Source of the DNA: Bacteroidota bacterium
Lineage (GTDB): Bacteria; Bacteroidota; Bacteroidia; J057
Assembly (NCBI GenBank): GCA_038534415.1
Contig: JBCAWW010000001.1
Location: forward strand, 1 to 29,168
Reading direction: 5' to 3'
Length of the DNA stretch: 29,168 nt
Positions 7,514-17,800 of this stretch are shown here, piece by piece (positions within the stretch are counted from its first letter, which is position 1; each line of letters opens with the position of its first letter). The notes beneath the pieces are model-generated. The model saw only the letters and a program-made list of their open reading frames with translations. It did no database searches and was not told where the DNA came from. The position numbers were made by a program, and so were the translations under genes.

Positions 7514-8728
7514 ATGAAGCCCATTTCTTTTATTCCCTCTCTGACCCCACTGCGAGGAATTGCGGCAACGCTCGTTGTCCTCTTTCACTTTGACCTGTTT
7601 ATCGGCCCGATTGCCCCGGTGGGCAATATGATGGTGGATAAACTCTATCTCATGGTAGACCTCTTTTTTGTGCTTAGTGGATTTATCATGTATCACGTTT
7701 ACGGCAGCTGGTTTGCTGGCGGTGTTGGTCAAGAACGCTTTCTGGATTTTATGAAGGCACGTTTTGCTCGCCTTTATCCGCTGCACCTTTTTATGCTTAT
7801 CTATATGGTAGGCTGGGCGTGTGCCCTATGGGTGCAACTCGATAATTCTGCCATCCCAGAGATCGTCCAATCCATCCTCGATCCCAAGGCCATTCCGACC
7901 AGCTTACTATTGGTGCAAGCTTGGGGCATGCACTTCAATGCACCCTGGAACACTGCCTCTTGGTCTATTAGCGTAGAATGGTTGCTTTATTTGGCCTTTC
8001 CCTTTTTGGTACTCTTTATGGCTCGCTTCAAGGCCTCGGCCAAATGGATATTGACGGGAGTTTCTATCAGTGGTTTACTGCTCATCATGTATTGGATACA
8101 GCCCCAATATGAGCTCCTTTTTGCCCAAGAATTTGGCCTAGAAGGGGGCCGTGGCCCGAAAAACACCATCGACCTCATCACCGGTCCTGCTTTGCTCAGA
8201 GGCCTTTGTGGTTTTATCGCCGGTATGATAGCCTATGAGGCTTATCAGCAGCAATGGATGAAATCAGTCCTGCAAAAAGGTTTTTGGTTTCTCAGCCTGT
8301 TCCTCTTCATGTTTGCGCTATGGATAGGAGATTTGCTGCCAGATGTCGTGGCAGTGGCTTTATTTGCGATCTTGATCTTGCATGCCGCTTATGTCGAAGG
8401 CTTGACCAAACGGATACTTAACAATAAGGTCTTTAGCTATCTCGGTGATATTTCCTTTTCCATCTATATGGTCCATATCCCACTGATCTTATCCTTTTTT
8501 ATGTACAATATGATGCAAGGCAATATGCCCGATCCGGGCGCGGAAACCTCAGCCGAAGTCAACTGGATTGGCAATTGGATCGGAGCCTTGATCTTTTTGG
8601 CCATCAGCATTGGCGTTGCCTCACTCACTTACCGCTTTATTGAGTTACCGATGCGCCGCAAGCTAAAAGCTTATTTCCTTGGCTCGAAATCTCAACTAGC
8701 TTCGCCAGAGGTCGTCAAAAATATTTAG
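7514..8728 (+). CDS. Acyltransferase family 3 (OafA-like membrane O-acyltransferase), standalone without SGNH domain
   Basis: LTPLRGIAATLVVLFH, VDLFFVLSGFIM, RFARLYPLH, SWSISVEW, YLGDISFSIYMVH, and TYRFIELPMR; about 10 TM segments. Confidence 0.93.
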   Translation: MKPISFIPSLTPLRGIAATLVVLFHFDLFIGPIAPVGNMMVDKLYLMVDLFFVLSGFIMYHVYGSWFAGGVGQERFLDFMKARFARLYPLHLFMLIYMVGWACALWVQLDNSAIPEIVQSILDPKAIPTSLLLVQAWGMHFNAPWNTASWSISVEWLLYLAFPFLVLFMARFKASAKWILTGVSISGLLLIMYWIQPQYELLFAQEFGLEGGRGPKNTIDLITGPALLRGLCGFIAGMIAYEAYQQQWMKSVLQKGFWFLSLFLFMFALWIGDLLPDVVAVALFAILILHAAYVEGLTKRILNNKVFSYLGDISFSIYMVHIPLILSFFMYNMMQGNMPDPGAETSAEVNWIGNWIGALIFLAISIGVASLTYRFIELPMRRKLKAYFLGSKSQLASPEVVKNI

Positions 8729-8803
8729 TACGTACAAGCTAAAGCATGAAATCCCTTAGTCTGGGTACTGATTGCTTTTGTCCAAATAATTAGTCTCATA
8801 CTC
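8720..8803. repeat. Degenerate heptamer units (RGTANNN / AGACNNN) at the acyltransferase 3' end
   Basis: Plus strand AATATTT AGTACGT (8720-8733) contains the TAG stop. Minus strand has AGTACCC AGACTAA (8769-8756) and GAGTATG AGACTAA (8803-8790). Confidence 0.5.
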
Positions 8804-8814
8804 CCTTCCCATAT

Positions 8815-8852
8815 AAAGACAGCGACACAAATACTTGTGTCGCTGTTCTTTT
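8815..8852. terminator. Probable bidirectional terminator between the convergent acyltransferase and adhesin genes
   Basis: Perfect 12-bp stem ACAGCGACACAA/TTGTGTCGCTGT with an ATAC loop, flanked by AAAG and TCTTTT. Confidence 0.75.
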
Positions 8853-8879
8853 GGAAATAAATATCAGGAAAAGTCAATC

Positions 8880-11800
8880 TTAGTTCTCTCGCTGCAGTTT
8901 GAAGCTTTGTTTATAGCCATCTTCAAAAGTTACTTCAAGATAGTAGTAGCCTTCTGGCAGATTACCCAATCCTGCGATCTCAACTTCGCCTTCGCTGAGG
9001 CGACGCTCCACAGGAATGGCAATTTCACTCCCGCGGACATCAAAGAGCTGTATTTGCATGATCTTTTTTGCACGATTGCTGCTAATACTCAACTCTGATT
9101 GAAATGGATTCGGGCCAAACTCTACATTATACTGGGTATTTAAGCGGTTGAGTTGGATTACGTCCGAATAAGAAAAGACTCCATCAAAATCGACTTGGCG
9201 TAAGCGATAATAGACATACTCATCAAAGGGCAGGGCGGCTGCGTCTTGATCTTTGGTCGTATAATATCGCGTTTGTTGACTAGTGCCTGCACCTTCTACT
9301 TTTATGACATCGCTCCACTCATTGAGGTTGTAGCTTCGCTCAACGATAAAGTAGTCATTGTTAAATTCGGAGGCGGTGTTCCATTCGAGAAGGGCATCTT
9401 TCTCTTTCCCTTTTTCCCAAGCCGCGCTGAAATTCAACAGCTCCACGGGGAAGATGACCAAGGGCGTAGTTGGATCGGCTGAAAGTACGTAGTTGTTGAG
9501 GGTGGCATTGTTGTCTTGCTCGCCGCCGTCTGTACCATCACGTACTACGGTAGCCCCAGTAGGTTGGCCACTAAAGCTTGCGGTAACCGTATTGGGAGGA
9601 ATATTACCCGAAGGGGCAAACTGATTGATATCCGCACTAAAGGTAATGGTGACCGTTCCGCCAGGCGGGATGTCGAAATCTCCCGAAGTCCAAGAGTCGC
9701 CATTGTTGGTAAAGCTAGGCGTCTCTGCTCCTCCCGTAGTTCCCGTAACTGTCAAACTATTGATGTTTTGGAGATAAGCCGTAGCCACATCTGCTAGGGC
9801 CACATCATAAGCAGTTTCGGTCCCATCGTTGGTGATCACCAATTGGAAATCCACCTGGTCGCCTGGTTCGTGACTCGAGGTCAAGATCGTATTGGCGATG
9901 TCCAAATGCGGTTCTCCAACCTCCACAGTGGCTGAGTCTCGAATCACATCACTAAATGGAGCGTCTGGATGCACCGGATTGTCAAAGGTCAAACCTACTA
10001 CATTGTCTAGCTCTGTACCGCTATTGAGCCCGGCGTCGTATTGGTTGCCGATCACATTGCGGACCACGGCATCGTAGCTCAAAATGATGGTTTGGGCAGA
10101 GCCAGTTTGATTGTCGATGTTGCCGAGATTCAGATTGAGCGTCTGGGCAGTAGGATCGCTAAACTCAATCGGGCTATTGTCTGTGATGCCAGCATAAACG
10201 GGTACAGGACTTTGATTGAGACTACCGGTCAGATAATCCAAGCCAGCATCCAATACATCGGCAAACAGATTGTCGGTATTGTTTAGGACCACATTATTGG
10301 GTACGACCAATTGTACTTGATACTCGACGGTATCACCAATATTATAGTTGTTGGGGCTTGGAGGGTTGAGGATAGATTTGGTCAAGTCTAGGTCCATAAC
10401 GGTCAGCTCATGAGTGGCGTCCGCTGTATAATCAGAATCTCCATGACTGCCATCATAAACGCGTTCACCATTGATGTCTCCGGGATTGCCCGGCGTTGCC
10501 GAACTCGTACCCTGAGTGCCTGGCAAACTACTCATGCGCGCCCAAGCTTTGTTGTCGAGCGAGTCTGCATCAGTCTTGAGTTCGGGGATACCGTCTGCCG
10601 CTGCGCGGAACGTTACGTATGCGGTATCGCCCGGCGCTATCGAATCGATGGCAAAGCTCACGATACCATTACCCGCATCAGAGTTATCCGTCTCATTGCC
10701 CACATTGGTCGTACTGCTAAAGGCAATATTACTCAGGCTTTCGTATTTCTGTGCGCCAAAAGGTATCGTATCAGTTACGATCACATTGTAGGCGGTGGCC
10801 GTATTGGCGGTGGCAGAATTAAACACCTTGAGGGTATACTCTAGCGTTCCACCAGCGGTGAGAATATAAGAGCTTGAACCAGCTTTCTGGATACCAATCG
10901 CTGCTTCACGGATCGTTACCGTAGGATCACTACTCGTGCTCAAAGTTTGCTCAGCCAAGGCTCCATCCAAATATTGGAAGGTACCATCATTGCTCAAGCT
11001 CTGGCCGGCATCATTGCTGATACCGCTTTCGTTGGAAACTACGGCTTGAAGGCTAAGCGTATAGGCCTCTGCAGTGCCATCGGTGTCAGTATTGATGATA
11101 TCACCAAGAAACAAACTGATAAAGCGATTACTAGCGATCGTGATATCTGTACCATCGGTCAAGGAAACATTATTTCCACTTGTAGCACTATTGATACCGC
11201 CTGGATTGGTAGCGCTATTGAGGCCGGTGTTGAAGGTACGACTCAGCTGCGCTGAACTCGCGACATAACGCAAGCCTGCGGGAAGGCTGTCAATCAAAAA
11301 GGCTTCTTTCAGATTACCCTTGGGTACTTCAATATTGATGGCGTAGGTCAACACCTCTCCGATCAATACATCCGTGCCGCTACTACCGCCTTCGCTAGTG
11401 GCGCTCAAACTCTTGCTCAAATCAGCAGCATCTAAAGTACCGCTGCCTGTATGGATCGGCGTTTGGGTAGGATTGATGCCATCATCGTCATTGGCGTTGT
11501 CATCACTCAGGGTCGGAGTGCCACTATTGACATCGGGTGAAGTGATGCTCGCTTGGTTAGGGATCAGATCACCATCAGAGGCACCGCTAGGCGTAACGCT
11601 AAAACTAACCGTCGCTACTCCGCCTGGCTCTATTGGGCCAAGATTGACTGAGATATCGCCCGAAGTGGCGCTGGTTACGGTACCTTGACTAGTGGTCACA
11701 CTCCCACTCACCAATACCGTATTGGTGGGGGCAGCATCACTAAACTGAGCGTTCGACGCAGTCGCAGAACCCGTATTGATAACCGTAATGGTATAAGTAT

Positions 11801-14800
11801 AACTATCACTTGGATCAACCAAGCCATCATTATCGGTATCATCGGTCAAGGCCCAACGTTTTTCAGCATCTAAGGCTGGAGCAGCAGTAGCGCCATCGAC
11901 CGCAACAAAAACAGTCTCTTGATTGCCATCGCTAGGATCGCCATTGCTATCGGTTTCGGTAGGATCGGTTTGATCAGAATCGGCACTACCCTGATTGGTG
12001 AAAGTTTCGCTGGTACCCGTAACGCTATTGATAACGACATCTAGGGTTACACTGGCTACTTCCCCTACCTCTAGCGTTACTCCGGTCCAATTGATCGTCG
12101 GATAACTGGCTGTACTTAGGCTACCTTCAGTAGGTGTGCCTGCGGCAGAAAGGCCTAGGCCAGTAGGGATGACATCCGTCAAACTAACAGTGGTCAACTG
12201 CTCTGCGCCTCGGTTTTCGAGGATGAAAGTATAGCGCATAATATCAGTAGTACCCACTTCGTCTGCAGTAGAATTGTCGGTAAGCCAGCTCACCGTTTTT
12301 TGAGCGTATAGATCATTGACTACCTCTGGCTCAGGTCCTACAATAATGTCTGTTGGTTGATCACCATTGGCATCTACTCCATCTACATCCGTGGGTTCTG
12401 GTTCAGTTTCATCGCTGTCTACTGATCCTTGATTGCGAATCAAAGTTCCATCGGTAGTGCCACCGCTGACGCTGACATCAAAAGTGATGGTGACACTTGC
12501 CCCATTGGTCATATTGAAGCCATCTACTTGGACTAAGCTAGCGGTAGAATTGCTGCTAACTCCAGCCGTAGTGGTAATATTGCTGAGGCTGGTAGTATTG
12601 TCGGGGATGTTGTCTGTAAAGACGACATTATTGACTGTGGCGCCTGTATTGTTGGTTAGGACGATGGTGTAAGTAAGGACTTCACCCGCATCTAGTTGAT
12701 CATTGGTATTGCCATCGACATAGGCTACTGTCTTTGTCGCGTCAATGGCATTGAGAGCAGGCGTGACAGTAGTCGAAGTGCTAACATCATAGTGGCGTTC
12801 GACGAAGGCGCCCGCAGGATCACCAGGCTGAGTATCGTAGCTATCGCTGAGCCCAATCGAAGGCGTGATGGCGGTCCCTAAAATGGCATCATCATCAACT
12901 GTTGCCACAAAGGTAAAAGATACATTGCCCCCTGGGGTCAAAGAGCCTAGGGTAAAAGCCAGGCTATCGGTATCTGCGTCGTCGATGCTAAAACCGCTGC
13001 CATTGGCGTTGAAGCTGCTGCCTAGATAAGTCATATCTAAATCATCCAATAGACTCGCAAGCGCAATGTCGTGAGCCGTGGCACCGCCTGTATTGTTGAC
13101 CGTTACCGTAAAGGTGACCGGTTCACCCAAAGCGGGAGTTGCATTGTTAGGCGTAATGCCTACTACCAAATTAGGCTCAATGATATCAATAGAGAGATTG
13201 TTGGAATAAATCGCACTATTGATGGCGGAGGTAACGTAAGACAGATTGCCTTTGCTAAAGCCTGCTTGGATATTGGTGGCGTCGTCTAGGACTTGGGCGG
13301 TCAATGTTACCGTAATGGTATCGTTAGTGGCATCGCCATCGGCGGTATTGGTGACATTGCCAAAGGTAAAGCTGATTTTACCGGCATTGCCGACTACACC
13401 ATCATCGGTCATAGTACCATAACTAAAGTTGCCAGGAGAAGATTCACTCACAGAGAGAAAACCTAAGCCATCCACTAAGGAATCTACTACCACTACGCTA
13501 CCTACAACCCCTTCGGGGATGAAGACTTTGAGTTCGTAAATCACATCATCGCCGATGGTAAAATCATTGGTGGCGTGAGTAGCGCTAAGTCTTTTGACGA
13601 TCGCGGGTGTACCGGCAAGCGTGGTTGTTACTGTGCCCGCCTCATTGTAGTTGTTGAGGTCTGTATCATTGTCATCATCTGAGCTTGGCGTACTGCCATC
13701 TCGGCCTCGAATATCATCGTTGAGTAAACTATTATAGTCTGCGGTGCTATTGAGGGTGAGATCAGCGTTTGCGCCAGCCGTATTGATAACTGTCGCATCA
13801 AAGGTGAGCAATAAGGTATCACCCGCAGGGATATCAAAAGCCGCGAAGCTAAGCTGATCGCCAGTGTTTGTCGCGGTGCCTAAGCTGATATCACTAGCTG
13901 AAATAGCGGTTCCAGTACCGGTTTGAACTACACTACCACTGGTGTTGCTTACTACAATATTGTCATAAAAAGGGCTGCTACCTCCAAGTAATTCGGGCGG
14001 AAGAACGTTGGCAAAATTTACCCCATAAGCCGTTGCCCCACCGGGCCCATTGATAATCCGGATCGTATAGGGGATCGTACCACCAACGGCATAATTACCG
14101 CCTCCATCACTCATTTCGATAGTGAGATTGGGTTCGATGACGGTTACGGTAGCACTGCTGCTCAGTGAATCCGCTCCACTAGAACCCGTGAAGCTGATCG
14201 CCGCATCATTGTCCAAAGTAGTGGCCGCCTGGTTGGCTAACAGATTACGGACCTCGACTTCATAACTGATCGTGATATCTTGGCTAGTACTATTTTGATT
14301 GGTCAAGGTGCCAAAGTTCCAAATCACTGGATCATCATCTGCGGCAGTACTTGGACTTGGGGTGTCTGCAAACACACCAGTCGGAAGCGTAATGGAGACT
14401 TCGTCTCCGGTATATTTGAGCCCTGCGGGCAAATTATCTGTGATCGTAAAGCTTTGCATCGTACCACCCGGTACGGAAATCGTCAGATTCATGATCGTAG
14501 AATCGCCTACTGCCAAATTTGCATCGCCTGTTTTGGCCATAGTTGGCTCGTCTAGGGTGATCGTGGTGGAGGTCGCTACATTGAGATCATTGCTGCCAAC
14601 CGCTGAACCGGTTCGTTCGCCATCGGCATCTCCTGCAGTATTGGCGGTATTGCTACCAGAAGAAGTATTGCCAGCGGCTCCATCGAGACTGGTAATGCTA
14701 CCCCTAACATCATTGATAAGATCGCTATTGGCCTCGGCGAGGCTATCGATGACGGCTGTGTATACCACAGTAATCGTATCGCCCGGATCGAGTGAGTCAA

Positions 14801-17800
14801 GGGTACAGCCTCCATTGGTCGCATCAAAAATCAACTCATTGCCGTCGCCGCCAAACTCAAAACAAGCACTGATGTCAGAACCATCGCCCGAATAGGTAGC
14901 CGAGCTAAGATTGGGTTGTTGGCCTGCATTGGCGCTGGTGCCGAAGAAAGTTGCGGGTAAATCATCACTGAGGGCGAGATTGTATCCCGTGGCGGAGTGG
15001 GTGCTATTGGAGTTGAAAAACTTAGTGGTAAAGGTGACGGTTTCCATCCCGCTTGCTGACCCACCCGCGGGAGCGGCAGAGGTCGTTACGCCAAGATCGG
15101 GCTCTTTGAGCGTGAGGGTGATCGCATCACTATCAGAGATTGGATTGGCATCACCATCTTGATATTGTAGGCCTACGGTATTGGTTTTGCTGTCGCCAGC
15201 ATTGTTGTCGCTATTGTTGAGAACGAGGACTTCGTAGGTGATGATCAGCTGTTCGGCATCAGCATCTGAGACGACTTGGTCATCATTATTGGTGATGTCG
15301 CCAAGGTCGAAACCAAGGATTTGCCCGCTGGCTACATTTCCGCTGACACTCGGCACTAAGACTGCTGGGGTCCCATCTATGGTACCGGCTACGCTAGTAC
15401 TAATTTCTCCGCCATTGAAATCTGCTACGGCTGAAATACGGGCCGAATGACTGCCTCCTGTATAGGTGGCATCTAGGTATTGAAAACCTACTGGTAAAGT
15501 ATCCGTCAAGATCGGATTGCTACCGTCTTCGAGGGTGGTCCCTTCGGGAACGGTCAGTGCGATCTGGTAGGTCAATATTTCTCCTATGCCTGCTTCCGTA
15601 GCGCCGGTATTGACATCGGTGCTGCTGATAAGGGTCTTGGCAAGCAGAGGGATGCCAGTAGTGGTGAGGGTTTCGGTATTTTGGCGGCTACTAGAACGTT
15701 CTTCGGGGGCAGTCGTGCCGGCTTGAGTAGTGGCTACAACTGTACCCACATTGTCGAAGCTAGTGCCTGAGTTGACCCCAGATTTGATTTGGACGGTAAA
15801 CTCCAAATCTCTGCGTCCCTCTGCTACTGTTAAGGTAGACTTGGTAAAAGTTACCGTTGGATTGCTGTAGCTATAATTAAAACCATCGGCATTGACGAGG
15901 GTGACGGTACTGAGATCAAAAACATTGCCATCGAGTATATCGGTGGCTACGATATCATGAGCCGTAGCGGTACCGTTATTCCTGACTCGAAGCTCGACCG
16001 TAATCACATCGCCTGCATCTCCAGTGTTAGAAGACAATACTTTATTGATCGTAACCTTAGGCTCTGCAAATGGTACCACATCTGTATCGCTGATGCTACT
16101 GCCTGAAATGCTATTGCTAGTAAGTGTAACGGTATTGGTCTTGGCCTGCGTTGCATCTTCCCCATCGTTGGCATTGTCATCCATCACAACCGCCTTCATG
16201 GCGACGATGAAATCGTTATTGGCAGCATTGTTATCTCCAACTACTGTGGTTGCACCCGAAAAAGTAAAGGTAACCGTTCGGCCAGCCGCAACTGTACCAC
16301 TAGTCGCTACAGTAGGCGAGCTACTGACCGTACCATTAAATCCAGTATTGTCAACGACATAAGAGACATATTCAAAGCCAGCTGGCAAAGCATCCGTCAA
16401 GACTAAGTCCGTCGTCGTACCTTCAGTCAGGTCCACGGTGAGATGATAGGTGATCGTATCCCCTGCGGTAACGTTTGTACCAGCAGTGCCTGTACCATCA
16501 GGTGAAACTGCGTTTAGGCTTTTACTGATACTTGGATCAGAGGTGCTGATATTATCGCTGGCGCTATCAGTGGTAGTGCGTTGTTCGGGAGCGGAGCCCG
16601 GCTCGCTATCTCCGCTTACACTTGCCTGATTGTTGTAGGTAGTGTTGGGCTCGACATTGCTATCTAGGTCGATGGTAAAAGTGAGCACTTTGCTTGCTCC
16701 TGCCGCAAGACCCGTGGCCCCGTTCAGCGAATAGCTGACCGTAGAACCCGCTAAGCCATCAAAAGTCCAATCGCCGAGAGTCGTGGTGTTGCTGAGTGAG
16801 CTTAGATTGAGAAAATCACTCAAGCCATCGAGATTATTGCTGGCGGTAATGTCGTAGGCGGGGGCGGTACCCGTATTGCTGACCGTCATCGTGACGGTGA
16901 TTTGATCGCCAGCATCACCTTGGCTGGGCGTCGAAAGGTCCAGCGTAATATTAAGCTCTGGCTCAGTGAGAGTAACAGCATCTGTCGCGACGATATCTGC
17001 GCCGACGATGTCGGTATAAGTCAGTTGTGATTGATTGGTTTTGCTCTGTGCGGTCGGGAGACCATCATTGGCTGGGTCATCTAATACTACCGCTTCAAAG
17101 CTGAGAAGAAAGGCATCATTTGTATTGACATTGTCGTCGCTATTGCTGGGGCTGCCCATATCAAAAGTTACGGTCTGCGGGCTTCCGGCTGCACCTGTAC
17201 CGCTAGTGCCTACTGTAGGCGAGCTGCTCACCGTGCCATTAAACGCACTGCTATTCACGACAACTGAGCTTGCTACATAAGCGAGCCCTTCGGGCAAGGT
17301 GTCGGCCAAACTTAAGGAGGGAGTCGTTCCCTCAGGGAGAGTAACGGTCAATTGATAAACAACGGTATCACCCGGTACTAAAATATTGGCGTTGCCAGAG
17401 CCATTGGGAGAGATTGAGGTATGCGTTTTGGCCAAAGTCGGTCGGTCGATAGAGATTTGAACACTGTCAAGCACTTCCTCAAAAGGATCGGCTAAGGGTT
17501 GTTCTGTCTCGGGTATGGCTTGCCAAGCAGCACTAATCCCATTGAAAAAGCTATCGTTAGGTGCTACCGTAGCGGCAATATCGCAGGTACAAGTGATCGT
17601 GACAGTATCTCGCTTAGAGGCATCACCGCTAGCGTATAAACTGTCTAGCGTCAAGCCGTTGACATCAAAAGGATTGCCGCTATAAAGCCCTACTCCTACT
17701 GCAGTACCATCTCCATACTTGACGGGATCGGTCGCGATCATGCTACAATTGGTCAAACTAGCGGGCGCGTCATCTTTGATGACGAGATCGTAAGCTCGGG

